Of a stretch of DNA of 64,000 bases, positions 21,910 through 32,740 are shown piece by piece. Origin of the DNA: an uncultured delta proteobacterium (GTDB lineage Bacteria > Desulfobacterota > Desulfuromonadia > Desulfuromonadales > BM103); contig CAVQRZ010000001.1 of assembly GCA_963715335.1 (NCBI GenBank), positions 1 through 64,000 on the forward strand, given 5' to 3'. A program made the position numbers and the translations under genes. Position 1 is the stretch's first letter. Each line of letters opens with the position of its first letter. The notes under the pieces were generated by a model. The model was not told where the DNA came from. It made no database searches and saw only the letters and a list, made by a program, of their open reading frames with translations.

Positions 21910-22406
21910 AAAGTGGTGTCCGCGAAACAGTGCGCAGAGGGTGCTGCGTCAAGGGTTAACGGCGAAATTCGCCGGCGCGGATTATATGGCCGAATAGGGG
22001 GAGAAATACCAGCGAATTCTTTGCCCGTGGAAAAACCCGCGAAACCAGGGGGATTAATGATAGAAACTTGTTTTTCACGTTGGCGCCGACAGGCCCGATT
22101 CTCGCCGCCGCGGCTGTCTGATTCGCCAGAATTGAACGGTGCTGACTTCTACCGCATGCCAAAAAACCGTCTCAACCCCAAAGCCCCGATAAGGGAAGCC
22201 GTCATCGATCTGCCCTCCGTGAGACGACGTTGCTCGAAAGCCCAGGGCGGCGTTCGAGCCAGAGCACACGTTAAAATTGCATTAAATGAGCAGATCATGC
22301 TTCACAGTCTTCGGTTTACCAGTCAGCCCTATCACAAATCGTTTGCCTACTTGCGCTTCACCACCGTGGCACCATACAATGTGAAATTGAACCAGAGAGG
22401 CTGCAT

Positions 22407-23687
22407 GTGATTCAATTCAATCTCAAATACGGCAACCAGGAGCTTTCGGCCGAGGTGAACGCCTGTTTGCTCAGCGTTGCTCCCCCCGGCCCGCTGCCCA
22501 ATCCGGAGCAGGAGATTTGTCACGCCCTGGCAGCCCCTCTCGGGACGCCACCTTTATGTGAGATTGTCAAGCCTGGCGAACGTGTCGTCATCGTCACCTC
22601 CGACATCACCCGCTATACCGGCAGCGAGATTTACCTGCCGATCCTGGTCGATGAACTCAACCGTTGCGGCATTCCGGATGGGCAAATCGAGATCGTCGTC
22701 GCACTCGGCATCCACCGCAAGCAGACGGCAACAGAGCACCGCAAAATCATTGGCCCGCTTTATGGCCGCGTCAATGTGTACGACCATGAATGCGACAACC
22801 GGGACGAGCTGGTGGACCTGGGGAGAACTTCATCCGGTCTGCCGGTGCAGATCAACCGGCGCGTCATCGAGGCCGACCGGGTGATCGTCACCGGCACCAT
22901 CGGCCTGCATTATTTTGCCGGCTTCGGCGGCGGGCGAAAAAGCCTGGTCCCGGGCGTGGCCAGCCGGGAGACCTGCATGGCCACCCATTTTGCGATTTTC
23001 AACCCGCCGGAGCAGGGAGGCCGCAATCCACAAGCCTGCACGGCAAACCTCGCCGGCAACCCGGTGCACCAGGCGATTCTTGAAGCGGCACAGATGGTCA
23101 AGCCGGATTTTATTCTGAACACTGTGCTCACGGCGGATAAACAGATTGCCAGAGTCTTTTGCGGGGAGTTGGAAGAGGCCCATCTGGCCGGCTGCGCGCT
23201 GGCGAAGGACCTCTACACGGTGCCCCTGGAGCAGGCGGCAGACCTGGCGGTCGTCTCCTGCGGCGGGCACCCCAAGGACATCAACTTCATCCAGGCTCAC
23301 AAGGCGCTCGACTATGCAGTGCACGCTGTCAAGCCCGGTGGTGCGGTGATTCTCCTCGCCGCCTGCCCGGACGGGTTCGGCAACGCCACCTTCTTCGACT
23401 GGTTCAATTATGAAGACCTGGATATCTTTGAGAAGGCCCTCCGGAGCCGATACGAGATCAATGGCCAGACCGCCTGGTCGACCCTGAGCAAGGCTCGAAG
23501 CTGGCGGGTCATCCTGGTCAGCGAGTTCCCCCGCGAACAGACGGAAAAAATGGGCATGGAAAAAGCCGCAACGCTTGACGAAGCGTTGCAGATGGCTTAC
23601 AAACAGCTGCCGGAGGACCCGGAGATCGTGGTCATCCCGGATGGCGGGACAATTTTGCCGATATTAAAACCGAGGCGCGAAGCGTGA
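22407..23687 (+). CDS. larA: Nickel-pincer-dependent lactate racemase family protein
   Basis: SDITR, ALGIHR, HYFAGFGGGRKS, SCGGHPKDINFIQAHKA, ACPDGFG, IPDGG; substrate not established. Confidence 0.88.
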   Translation: MIQFNLKYGNQELSAEVNACLLSVAPPGPLPNPEQEICHALAAPLGTPPLCEIVKPGERVVIVTSDITRYTGSEIYLPILVDELNRCGIPDGQIEIVVALGIHRKQTATEHRKIIGPLYGRVNVYDHECDNRDELVDLGRTSSGLPVQINRRVIEADRVIVTGTIGLHYFAGFGGGRKSLVPGVASRETCMATHFAIFNPPEQGGRNPQACTANLAGNPVHQAILEAAQMVKPDFILNTVLTADKQIARVFCGELEEAHLAGCALAKDLYTVPLEQAADLAVVSCGGHPKDINFIQAHKALDYAVHAVKPGGAVILLAACPDGFGNATFFDWFNYEDLDIFEKALRSRYEINGQTAWSTLSKARSWRVILVSEFPREQTEKMGMEKAATLDEALQMAYKQLPEDPEIVVIPDGGTILPILKPRREA

Positions 23688-23750
23688 GGCGCGAAAAAGC
23701 CTGTTCGCGCTTCGCACCTCGCACTTCAGTTCTGATTCACAGAGGGATCA

Positions 23751-25157
23751 ATGTTATCAGATAGCATCATCAAGGACCTTAAAGGAATCGTCGGCAAGGA
23801 CAACGTCTTTACCAGCAAAGCCGACCGGATCTGCTACTCCTATGACGCCACCCAGCAGAGTTTTCTCCCCGACGTGGTTGTTCATCCCCGTTCGACCGAT
23901 GAGATCAGCCGCATCATGAAGCTGGCCAACCACGAAAAAATCCCGGTTTTCCCGCGTGGCGCCGGCAGCGGCTTCACCGGAGGCAGCCTGCCGACCCTGG
24001 GTGGAATCGTCCTCTGCACCGAACGGATGGACCGCATCCTGGAGATCGACGAAGAGAACCTGATCGCCACCGTCGAACCGGGCGTGGTCACCGAGCAGTT
24101 CCAAAAGGCGGTGGAAAAGGTCGGCCTTTTCTACCCTCCCGATCCAGCCTCGCTGAAGTTTTCGACGCTGGGCGGCAACGTCGCCGAGTGTGCCGGAGGC
24201 CCACGCTGCGTCAAATACGGAGTGACCAAGGATTTTATCATCGGTCTTGAGATTGTGACTCCTCAGGGTGACATCATGACTACCGGCGGTCCGACCATGA
24301 AGGGCGTGGTCGGTTACGATTTGACCAAGCTGCTCTGCGGTTCAGAAGGGACTCTCGGCATCATCACCCGCATCGTCATCAAGCTGTTGCCGCTGCCGGA
24401 AGCGAAAAAGACCATGCTGGTGCTGTTCGATTCGATTGACGGGGCTGCGCGTGCAGTATCGACGATCATTCGTGACAAGATCATCCCGACCACCCTCGAG
24501 TTCATGGACGGCCGCACCCTTGACTGCGTGCGCCAGGCCACCGATCTCGAAGTTCCCGAAGGCGCCCGGGCGGTGTTGATCATCGAGGTCGACGGCGACC
24601 GGGAACTCCTTGACAAGCAGGCCGCGCGGATCGCAGAGATCATCAAGCCGCTCGGCGTGGTTGAGACTCGCATCGCCACGACCCCGGAAGAGAGCGAAGC
24701 GCTCTGGCAGATCCGCCGCTCGGTATCCGCCAGTTTACGCAAGGTCAACCCGGACAAGTACAACGAGGATATCTGCGTGCCACGCAGCAAGGTCCCGGAG
24801 ATGATCCGCAGGGTCGACGCCATTGCCGAGCGATATGCCATTCCGATTGTCAACTTTGGCCATGCCGGCGACGGCAACATCCATGTCAACATCATGGTCA
24901 ACAAAAAGCTTGCCGGGGATACCCTTAAAGCAGAAGGCGCGATCCGCGACGTATTCAAGGCCGCCCTCGAACTGGGCGGGACCATGAGCGGTGAACATGG
25001 CATTGGCATCGCCAAGGCCCCTTACATCCCTCTCGAGATCACCCCGATCGCCGCCGACTACATGAAAGCAATCAAGCGGGCACTTGATCCTAACAACATA
25101 CTCAATCCAGGGAAAATTTTCCTCGACGAGGAAGATTCCTTAGAAGGTGGCGGATAA
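23751..25157 (+). CDS. glcD: FAD-linked 2-hydroxyacid (glycolate/D-lactate) dehydrogenase subunit
   Basis: PRGAGSGFTGG, YPPDPAS, GSEGTLG, GHAGDGNIH, SGEHGIG, LNPGK. Confidence 0.88.
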   Translation: MLSDSIIKDLKGIVGKDNVFTSKADRICYSYDATQQSFLPDVVVHPRSTDEISRIMKLANHEKIPVFPRGAGSGFTGGSLPTLGGIVLCTERMDRILEIDEENLIATVEPGVVTEQFQKAVEKVGLFYPPDPASLKFSTLGGNVAECAGGPRCVKYGVTKDFIIGLEIVTPQGDIMTTGGPTMKGVVGYDLTKLLCGSEGTLGIITRIVIKLLPLPEAKKTMLVLFDSIDGAARAVSTIIRDKIIPTTLEFMDGRTLDCVRQATDLEVPEGARAVLIIEVDGDRELLDKQAARIAEIIKPLGVVETRIATTPEESEALWQIRRSVSASLRKVNPDKYNEDICVPRSKVPEMIRRVDAIAERYAIPIVNFGHAGDGNIHVNIMVNKKLAGDTLKAEGAIRDVFKAALELGGTMSGEHGIGIAKAPYIPLEITPIAADYMKAIKRALDPNNILNPGKIFLDEEDSLEGGG

Positions 25158-25213
25158 CGCGCAGCGAGCAGGGCTGCTCTCTCAGGATTATCGCGCCTCG
25201 CGCCAAGGAACAT

Positions 25214-26473
25214 ATGGCAAAGCTGAAAACACTCGAAGATTACCGCGAAGAGATTGACCAGTGCGTGAAGTGCGGCGCCTGCCGCGCCCATTGCCCGGTG
25301 TTTATTGACGACAAACGTGAAGGTCGGGTCGCCCGGGGGAAAATTGCTCTGGCCAACTCGGTACTGCAAGGTGATATCGATTTAGAAGCGAAGGTGCTGG
25401 AAGATATGAGCCAGTGCCTGCTCTGCGGCAGCTGCTGCGCGGGCTGCCCCAACAAGGTCCACACGGAAGAGATCGTTGCCGCTACGCGACGCCGGATTGC
25501 CGAGCAGCAGGGCCTTTCGACCTTCGGCAAAGGGGTCGCCGCCGTGCTGGGTCGACCGAAGCTGATGAACTTGCTGGCCAAATCCGGCGGCACCCTGTCA
25601 AACCTGATCTTCAAAAAACTTCCGGAAGACAGCGGTTTGCGCCTGCGCTTCCCGGCACCCTACCTCGAGGCGGACCGTACCCTGCCGCCGATCACCGCCA
25701 AACCGTTTCGCGAGAGAGTTCCGGAGATCATCCCCGGCGAGGAAGGACAGCCGACCGTCCTGTTCTTCACCGGCTGCGGCATCAACTACATGTACCCAGC
25801 GGTTGGCGAAGCTTTTCTCAAGGCCCTGAAGTTTCTCGGCGTTACCGTCATAATCCCCAAGGACCAGGCCTGCTGCGGCCTGCCGGCAGTCAGCGCCGGA
25901 GCGACCAAGACCATCGAAAAACTCGCCGAGCAAAATCTCGCCGCGATCAGTCGGCACAAGGTTGACCATATCGTCACCGCCTGCGCGTCCTGCAACGCGG
26001 GGCTCGGGGACATCTATGCAGAGATGGGCGAAGAGTTCAACGACCTGTCGGCCAAAACGATCGACATCTTCGTTTTCCTCGCCAATCATGGCTTACCGGA
26101 AAAGCTCGCAGCACTGCCGAAAGTCGACAAGCCGATCAAGGTGACTTACCATGATCCCTGTCACCTGCGTAACCGCGGGATCACCCGGGAGCCGCGTCAG
26201 ATTCTCAAGGCTCTGCCGCAGGTGGAGTACGTCGAGATGCCCGATGCTGCGACCTGCTGCGGCCTTGGCGGGACCTATTCGGTCTACCATTATGACATCA
26301 GCAAGAAGATCGGCGCCCGCAAGGCGGCCAACATCGCAGCGAGCGGGGCGGACCTGGTTGCGACCGACTGCCCGGGCTGCATCATGCAGTTGCAGGACAA
26401 TATCAATCACGCCAGGGGCAAACAACATCCGGTCCATATTCTCGAACTGCTGGCCGAGGCCTTACCGGAGTAG
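25214..26473 (+). CDS. glcF: Fe-S subunit with two 4Fe-4S motifs and two CCG domains
   Basis: CVKCGACRAHCP, CLLCGSCCAGCP, CCGLP, YHDPCHL, CCGLGG. Confidence 0.85.
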   Translation: MAKLKTLEDYREEIDQCVKCGACRAHCPVFIDDKREGRVARGKIALANSVLQGDIDLEAKVLEDMSQCLLCGSCCAGCPNKVHTEEIVAATRRRIAEQQGLSTFGKGVAAVLGRPKLMNLLAKSGGTLSNLIFKKLPEDSGLRLRFPAPYLEADRTLPPITAKPFRERVPEIIPGEEGQPTVLFFTGCGINYMYPAVGEAFLKALKFLGVTVIIPKDQACCGLPAVSAGATKTIEKLAEQNLAAISRHKVDHIVTACASCNAGLGDIYAEMGEEFNDLSAKTIDIFVFLANHGLPEKLAALPKVDKPIKVTYHDPCHLRNRGITREPRQILKALPQVEYVEMPDAATCCGLGGTYSVYHYDISKKIGARKAANIAASGADLVATDCPGCIMQLQDNINHARGKQHPVHILELLAEALPE

Positions 26474-26584
26474 CTCTCACGAATCATTTTGCGTTACGGG
26501 TTTGCATGCGCTCATCAACCTGTTAGAATAGCCGCGCTTGCTTTAAATAAACCACCGGACCATTCCTGCAAGGAGGAAACTATT

Positions 26585-26902
26585 ATGCAAAAACTGGCCA
26601 TACTGATTGTTGCAATTCTGTTTGTGAGTTCCAGTGTTGTCCTGGCCGTCCCGGCAAAGAAAACCATCACGTTCAGCGACAGCTCCATGGGCGCCGTGAA
26701 TTTCGATGGCACCGTCCACAAGGACGCTGGCGTTAAATGCAAGGAATGCCACAACGACGAGATGTTTCCGAAGATGAAGCAGGGCACTGTCAAGATCACC
26801 ATGAACGAGATCTACGCCGGCAAGCTTTGTGGCGTATGCCACAATGGCAAGCGTGCTTTTGATGCCCAGGGCAACTGCGCCAGGTGTCACGTCAAGCAAT
26901 AG
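26585..26902 (+). CDS. Periplasmic triheme c7-type cytochrome
   Basis: AGGAGG then ATG at 26585; signal peptide; CKECH, CGVCH, CARCH; ITM motif suggests a Met-ligated heme. Confidence 0.9.
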   Translation: MQKLAILIVAILFVSSSVVLAVPAKKTITFSDSSMGAVNFDGTVHKDAGVKCKECHNDEMFPKMKQGTVKITMNEIYAGKLCGVCHNGKRAFDAQGNCARCHVKQ

Positions 26903-26926
26903 TTTCAGGCACACACCGGAATAGTA

Positions 26927-26961
26927 AAAAAGCCCGCCGACTTATCCGGCGGGCTTTTTTT
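26927..26961 (+). terminator. Intrinsic terminator after the cytochrome gene
   Basis: AAAAAGCCCGCCG...CGGCGGGCTTTTTTT. Confidence 0.85.
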
Positions 26962-27111
26962 ATGCGGCAGTGCCCTCAAAAGACCACCCTGACCCGGGCA
27001 ATTTGACCAACGGTCACGGCTGGAACAATCACTGGGACCCTGCGCGGCAGGTAAGTTTGCACCCCCATGGGAACATTGAGCCTTTCCTCCAGTCCAGGGG
27101 TTTGATATATT

Positions 27112-27197
27112 GATCATCCGCAAAGGCAAAATCAGGGGAACTTGATGACGCAAAGCTACGGGTCCTTCATGCAGGATAGCCGGGTTGCAAGGAGATC
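27112..27197 (+). ncRNA. c-di-GMP-I (GEMM-I) riboswitch aptamer
   Basis: GGCAAA-ATCAGG-GGAA-CTTGAT-GACGCAAAGCTACGGGTCC...GGATAGCCGGGTTGC; P1 GATCATCC/GGAGATC. Confidence 0.9.
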
Positions 27198-27212
27198 GGT
27201 TAAGGGTTGACG

Positions 27213-27245
27213 AAAAGCCATCCGGATCACAATGGATGGCTTTTT
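27213..27245 (+). terminator. Terminator of the riboswitch expression platform
   Basis: AAAAGCCATCC...GGATGGCTTTTT about 15 nt after the aptamer. Confidence 0.8.
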
Positions 27246-27290
27246 CTGTCTGTTGCAGAGGGCAGAAAAACCGGGAGATTGATAAAACCA

Positions 27291-27779
27291 ATGTTGACTT
27301 CAGGGCAAGCAGGAAAAGTGCGCAAAAAAGGCTCGATGGAGAGAATTGCATTTGAAACGACCGTCCAATATGAACCCTCGCGTGACGGTAAACTTTCCGA
27401 TCTTTCTCGAGATTTGAGTGAGGGCGGACTTTACCTTAAAACCCGGTATCCATTAGATACCGATGCAACCCTGACACTTTCATTTTCCATCCCGAAACGA
27501 GGGCAGGAAATTTCAATCACGTGTGAAGCAAGGGTTGCCTGGACAAACCTTGAAACAAATCGGCTTAAAGCCGAATACCCGTCAGGGGCAGGCTTGCAGT
27601 TCCTGGATCTTCCACGTGAAGGCTCGGCGGCACTGTCAACGTTCATTAATGCGTATAGTGAGAACAAAAAGATGAATGTGGTTTGTGCCTGGTGTGGCAA
27701 GTCTTTAGGTCTGCGCAAAGGACCGTTTGGCACAACCAGTCATGGTATCTGCAGTCAGTGCCGTGAAAATCTTAAATGA
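27291..27779 (+). CDS. PilZ-domain protein with a C-terminal Cys/His zinc-finger-like tail
   Basis: RDLSEGGLYL (D/NxSxxG), ARVAW, GAGLQF; tail CAWC...SHGICSQC; start uncertain. Confidence 0.8.
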   Translation: MLTSGQAGKVRKKGSMERIAFETTVQYEPSRDGKLSDLSRDLSEGGLYLKTRYPLDTDATLTLSFSIPKRGQEISITCEARVAWTNLETNRLKAEYPSGAGLQFLDLPREGSAALSTFINAYSENKKMNVVCAWCGKSLGLRKGPFGTTSHGICSQCRENLK

Positions 27780-27891
27780 ATTTTAGCAGCTTATCGCCGG
27801 TGCTTGCGAGAGCTCTGGGTTTAAGCCGAACAAAATTCGATGAAGCATAAAAAGGCCATGTCGCCAGCGACTTCAATCGTGTGAGACCTCT

Positions 27892-28827
27892 ATGACCAGG
27901 CCAGTACATGCAGAAAAACAGGCGTTCAAGCCACATATCTGGGCTATTGGTGGAGGCAAGGGCGGGGTCGGCAAGTCAGCCCTCACTACCGGCATCGCAA
28001 TGACTTTGGCGGACCAGGGACGGCGCTGCATTATGATCGACGCCGATCTTGGCGGAGCCAATCTGCATACCTTTCTCGGCATGTCGTCCCCCAAACATAC
28101 GATCAGCGACCTGTTCCGTGACCCTAACAAGAACATGCAGGATATTCTTCTGGCCACACCCTTTGCCAACCTCAGTTTAATCAGCGGCGCTCGGGCTATG
28201 CACAACGTGGCCAACCTGAAACACCTGCAGAAGTTGAAGTTGATCAGGCAGCTTTTTTCTCTGGAGGCCGATTATATTTTTATTGATCTTGGCGCGGGGA
28301 GCTCCTTTAACGTGCTCGATTTTTTCATTGCTGCGCACAATGGTTTGATGGTCGTCACGCCAACCCCGACCGCAATCGAAAATACCTACCACTTCCTGAG
28401 AGCAGCCTATTTTCGCAAATTACGTCAAGTCATTCGAGATCTCAATGTGGAGGCCCTGGTGGATGCTTCCTTGGAAGACAAAGAGAAAACGGGCATCCGC
28501 TCGCCGCGAGATCTTATGGCGAATCTCCGCCGCCGTGACCCGGGGGTCGGAGAACAGATTGACCAGGCGATGACATCTTTCAGTCCGAGCTTGATTGTCA
28601 ACCAGGTGCAGCGACACGAAGAGCGCAATCTCGGCAAAGAGATTGCGCTCGCCTGCAAGGGTTTTTTAGGTATCAATGTGACAGTGGCCGGTGCTGTCCG
28701 CGCCGATGAGCAAGTACTGATGTCTCTCAAATCGCGCCGGCCGGTGCTGTCCATGTTTCCGAAAAGTTACTTTGCCGAAGACGTCCGGCGGATCGTGCAG
28801 CAAATGGACCTGGAAACGGAGAGGTGA
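27892..28827 (+). CDS. MinD/FlhG-like P-loop ATPase
   Basis: Deviant Walker A GGKGGVGKS; IDADLGGANLH; IDLGAG. Confidence 0.88.
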   Translation: MTRPVHAEKQAFKPHIWAIGGGKGGVGKSALTTGIAMTLADQGRRCIMIDADLGGANLHTFLGMSSPKHTISDLFRDPNKNMQDILLATPFANLSLISGARAMHNVANLKHLQKLKLIRQLFSLEADYIFIDLGAGSSFNVLDFFIAAHNGLMVVTPTPTAIENTYHFLRAAYFRKLRQVIRDLNVEALVDASLEDKEKTGIRSPRDLMANLRRRDPGVGEQIDQAMTSFSPSLIVNQVQRHEERNLGKEIALACKGFLGINVTVAGAVRADEQVLMSLKSRRPVLSMFPKSYFAEDVRRIVQQMDLETER

Positions 28828-28828
28828 G

Positions 28829-29371
28829 ATGGAGGAAGAAAGCCTGCAGGCGAGTTATGATCTTTTTGGTCTGAGCTACGGGGCCAGCATGGTCGAAGTG
28901 GAGAGATCGTTCTACGAGTTACACAAACTATACGGTGAAGAGTCCCTGGCAACCTACTCTTTGCTGGATGATGCCGACCGGCAGGAGAAACTTGACTCGC
29001 TGCGTGAAGCCTATGAACGGATTCTGCAATCGCATTCCCATCAGACAAAAGCCGAAGGGAACCCTGAGAGAGAAGACGAACCGGCGGCAACTGTGGCGCA
29101 GAAAGTAATCATTGACGCGGATCCGCAGCAGATGCCCGGATTGTTCCTCCAGCAATCACGCAAGGCGCTGGGTCTAAGCCTGCAGGATGTGGCGGCGCGG
29201 ACCAAAATCAGATCATCTTTTCTGCAGAGCATAGAAGAGCAGCGGTTTGATTTTCTTCCGGCCCCCGTTTATCTGCGGGGGTTTTTAAGGGAGTTCGCGC
29301 GAATGGTCAATGTGCCCGATGCCAATGTTCTGGTTGAGGCTTTTATGGCACAGCACAAAAGCGACAAATAG
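28829..29371 (+). CDS. Protein with a degenerate J-domain-like N-terminus and a RodZ-like HTH
   Basis: SYDLFGL...EAYERI; GLSLQDVAARTKIRSSFLQSIEEQRFDFLPAPVYLRGFL. Confidence 0.75.
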   Translation: MEEESLQASYDLFGLSYGASMVEVERSFYELHKLYGEESLATYSLLDDADRQEKLDSLREAYERILQSHSHQTKAEGNPEREDEPAATVAQKVIIDADPQQMPGLFLQQSRKALGLSLQDVAARTKIRSSFLQSIEEQRFDFLPAPVYLRGFLREFARMVNVPDANVLVEAFMAQHKSDK

Positions 29372-29380
29372 ATTCAGCCG

Positions 29381-30265
29381 TCAAGTTTTACGCTTCAGCG
29401 CCTCGATACGCGCTTCAAGTGGCGGGTGGGTCATGAAAAACCGCTTGAACCCCTGCCCCCGGCCACCAGAGATTCCAAAGGCCGCCATTTGGTCGGGCAG
29501 GTGCGGTTGATCGACGTTGCGGCGCAGTTTTTCAAGTGCCGCAATCATCTTTTCTCGCCCTGCGAGATGGGCACTGCCGGCATCAGCACGGAATTCGCGC
29601 TGGCGGCTGAACCAGAAAACGATGAGACTGGCGAGGATGCCAAAGACGATCTGGGCGAGGATCGAGGTAATATAAAATGCGGGACCGTGCCCCCTCTCGG
29701 TTTTGAATACCATGCGATCGATTAAATGACCCACCACCCGCGAAGCCACGATAACGAAAGTATTGACCACCCCTTGGATGAGCGCCAGGGTAATCATGTC
29801 ACCATTGGCAACATGACTGACTTCGTGGGCCAATACGGCTTCGGCTTCATCGCGGCTCATGGAGCGAAGCAGTCCTGTACTCACAGCCACAAGAGCATTA
29901 TTGCGTCGCATGCCGGTTGCAAAAGCATTGACATCAGGAGCGTCATAAATGGCGACCTCGGGCATGCCAATGCCCGCGATCTCGGCCTGTTTTCTTACGG
30001 TTTGCACCAGCCAGATCTCAACTTCACTGCGGGGCGAAGTGATGACCTGTGCGCCAGTCATACGCTTGGCCGTCCATTTTGAGATGGCCAGTGATATCAG
30101 TGACCCACCAAAGCCGAAAACGGACGCAAAAATCAGTAAATTGTAAAGATCGAGGCCCGCTCCTTGCTCATCGAGAATCCGGTCGACCCCGAACAAGCTC
30201 ATGACTACGCCGAGCACGAGCACAATTGCGAGGTTGGTAACAACGAACAGCATGACTCTTTTCAT
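29381..30265 (-). CDS. htpX: Membrane zinc protease HtpX
   Basis: [17 protein letters not shown] (HExxH), [19 protein letters not shown]. Confidence 0.97.
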   Translation of the reverse strand: MKRVMLFVVTNLAIVLVLGVVMSLFGVDRILDEQGAGLDLYNLLIFASVFGFGGSLISLAISKWTAKRMTGAQVITSPRSEVEIWLVQTVRKQAEIAGIGMPEVAIYDAPDVNAFATGMRRNNALVAVSTGLLRSMSRDEAEAVLAHEVSHVANGDMITLALIQGVVNTFVIVASRVVGHLIDRMVFKTERGHGPAFYITSILAQIVFGILASLIVFWFSRQREFRADAGSAHLAGREKMIAALEKLRRNVDQPHLPDQMAAFGISGGRGQGFKRFFMTHPPLEARIEALKRKT

Positions 30266-30704
30266 GTTTTTCTTTCTCCCTGTGATTTTATGGCAAGACC
30301 TATAATATCAGTAACTTTGCTTTTGCCCTACTAGATGTTAGCCTCTTAGCGTTAAAAATCAATATCTGTTTATCCATTATTTAGCGAGCGGTCCCGGAGA
30401 AACGACAAGGACCTCCGGGACGATTTCTGTAGCACTCTTGATGGCCTTATATGACACTTCATTGGCTTGCACATGTCGTTGAATTTATGTTGCTCGTTTG
30501 GAGACGCAACTGGTGGCCATTTTTATATCCTATGCACCTTACCCTCGGAACAAGCCAGCCCCGCCGATAGCTGGCAGGGCTGAAGTTTTCTCGATGACAA
30601 GGAGCCTATTGAAGCAGTTAAAACATTTTGCCATTTACCAACTTTATTTTCCGTTTACCTACTTTATTTTACCTGGACAAAAATTCAACTTTGACAGATC
30701 GGAC

Positions 30705-32534
30705 CTATTCTACCGTCACACTCTTGGCCAGATTGCGCGGCTGATCGACATCGGTCCCCTTCAGGACCGCAATATGATAAGCCAGCAGCTGCAGCGGAAT
30801 CGTGGTGAGCACCGGCATCAGGTCATCGACGATCGGCGGCACGACCAGGACGGTTTCCGCTTTGTCAGACAGCCCGGTCGCGCCCCGGTCGGTTACTGCG
30901 ATGACGCGTCCGCCGCGGGCCTGGACCTCTTCCATGTTAGCAGCCACCTTGTCCATCGTATCGTTATGCGGCGCAATCACCACAACCGGCAGTTGTTCAT
31001 CAATCAGGGCGATCGGCCCGTGCTTCATTTCTCCGGCAGGATAACCTTCGGCGTGGATATAGGAGATCTCTTTCAGTTTCAAAGCACCTTCCAGGGCGAT
31101 CGGGTACTGGTTGCCACGCCCGAGGTAAAGGAAGTCGTGTACATGCATCAGGCCGTGCGCAACCTCTTCAATCTGGGCATCCAGCTCCAGGCACTCCTCG
31201 ACCTTGCGAGGCAGGCTGACCAGCGCATCGAGCATTTCGCGGCGGGATTCCTGATCGAGATTGCCGCGCAGCCGTCCGAGATGGAGGGTAAACAGGTAGA
31301 GGGCGACGAGTTGCGTGGTAAACGCCTTGGTTGAGGCCACGCCGATTTCCGGCCCGGCGTGGGTGTAGATGACCCCGTCGCTTTCCCGGGCGATTGACGA
31401 TTCGACGACGTTGCAGATGGCCAGGACCTTGCCGCCCTTGCCATGGGCCTCGCGCAGGGCGGCGAGGGTATCAGCCGTCTCACCGCTCTGGCTGATCACC
31501 AGGGTCAGGGTTTTTTCCGTCACCAACGGGTTGCGATAGCGAAACTCGCTGGCGATATCGACTTCAACCGGAATCCGGGCATGCTTTTCCAGCAGGAACT
31601 TGCCAACCAGGGCCGCGTGCCACGACGTACCGCAGGCGACGAGATAAATCCGGTCCAGGGCGGTGAGGAGATCGTCTTCGAGGCCCAGGTCCGAGAGAAA
31701 AACCTCGGCATGGTCTTCCCGGATCCGACCGGCGATCGTATCGGCGATCGCCCTGGGCTGCTCGTGAATCTCCTTGAGCATGAAGTGCCGGTAGCCGTCC
31801 TTCTCCGCCATGACCGGGCTCCAGGTAATGGTCTTCGGCGTCTTCTCGACCGGAGTCCCATCGAGCGTGGTAATCGCCATGCGCTGCGCGGTAAAGACCA
31901 CCAGTTCGCCATCTTCGAGAAAAATCATCTCCTTGGTATGCGACAGCATGGCCGGAATGTCGGAGGCGACAAAGTATTCGCCCTGCCCCTGCCCGACGAC
32001 CAGGGGGGAGCCCTGCTTGGCGGCGATCAGCTTGTCCGGTTCCTTGTCACAGAGGATCGCCACGGCATAGGCGCCGCGCACTTCACGAAGCGCCATGCGC
32101 ACGGCGGATTCAAAATTACCGCACGCCTTATAGTGTTCCTCAATCAGGTGAGCGATGATCTCCGTGTCGGTATCGGAGCTGAAGGTGTGGCCCTGTTCGC
32201 CCAGGCGGTTTTTCAGGTCGAGGTAGTTTTCGATAATGCCATTGTGCACTACCACGAATCCGCCGGCGTTGTGCGGATGGGCATTGATTTCCGAAGGGCG
32301 TCCATGGGTCGCCCAACGGGTGTGGCCTATGCCTGGTTGGCCGATGAGAGGCTTTGCCTGGAGCATTTTTTCCAGGTTGACCAGTTTGCCTTCAGCACGG
32401 CTGATATTGACTTTGCCCTGGCTGAGGATAGCAATCCCGGCTGAATCGTAACCGCGGTATTCTAGCCGCTTCAATCCGTCCAGCACGATGGGTGTTGCTT
32501 CCTGGGGACCAATATAACCGACGATGCCGCACAT
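30705..32534 (-). CDS. glmS: Glutamine--fructose-6-phosphate aminotransferase
   Basis: Starts MCGIVG at 32534; GHTRWATHG; ends [11 protein letters not shown]. Confidence 0.98.
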   Translation of the reverse strand: MCGIVGYIGPQEATPIVLDGLKRLEYRGYDSAGIAILSQGKVNISRAEGKLVNLEKMLQAKPLIGQPGIGHTRWATHGRPSEINAHPHNAGGFVVVHNGIIENYLDLKNRLGEQGHTFSSDTDTEIIAHLIEEHYKACGNFESAVRMALREVRGAYAVAILCDKEPDKLIAAKQGSPLVVGQGQGEYFVASDIPAMLSHTKEMIFLEDGELVVFTAQRMAITTLDGTPVEKTPKTITWSPVMAEKDGYRHFMLKEIHEQPRAIADTIAGRIREDHAEVFLSDLGLEDDLLTALDRIYLVACGTSWHAALVGKFLLEKHARIPVEVDIASEFRYRNPLVTEKTLTLVISQSGETADTLAALREAHGKGGKVLAICNVVESSIARESDGVIYTHAGPEIGVASTKAFTTQLVALYLFTLHLGRLRGNLDQESRREMLDALVSLPRKVEECLELDAQIEEVAHGLMHVHDFLYLGRGNQYPIALEGALKLKEISYIHAEGYPAGEMKHGPIALIDEQLPVVVIAPHNDTMDKVAANMEEVQARGGRVIAVTDRGATGLSDKAETVLVVPPIVDDLMPVLTTIPLQLLAYHIAVLKGTDVDQPRNLAKSVTVE

Positions 32535-32579
32535 AAGAGACCTCGATAAGTGAATGGATAAAGTTCTTTTGAAAATATA

Positions 32580-32704
32580 ATTTAACGCAAAGGCGCAAAG
32601 ACGCAAAGGAAGTCAAAATCATTTTGGGGTCAGCCAATTAAGCTTCTCTGCTTGTCTCTTGGCGTCTTTGCGCCTTGAGTGAGCGCATGCGAACGGGCGT
32701 TAAA
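32580..32704. repeat. Octamer-unit (RCGCAAAG) inverted-repeat cassette between glmU and glmS
   Basis: TTTAACGCAAAGGCGCAAAGACGCAAAG ... CTTGGCGTCTTTGCGCCTTG...GCGTTAAAA; related sequences near 55518-55620, 59101-59114 and 62215-62235. Confidence 0.75.
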
Positions 32705-32740
32705 AGAAGATGACTCCCAGGCCCACTGATTTCCCGGCGA

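Noticed and set aside
27112..27197. cGAMP-selective GEMM-Ib variant
   Set aside because: The discriminating position appears to be G rather than A by manual alignment; needs ligand testing.
32535..32740. glmS ribozyme in the glmU-glmS spacer
   Set aside because: No ribozyme core recognised; the spacer is occupied by the octamer inverted repeat.
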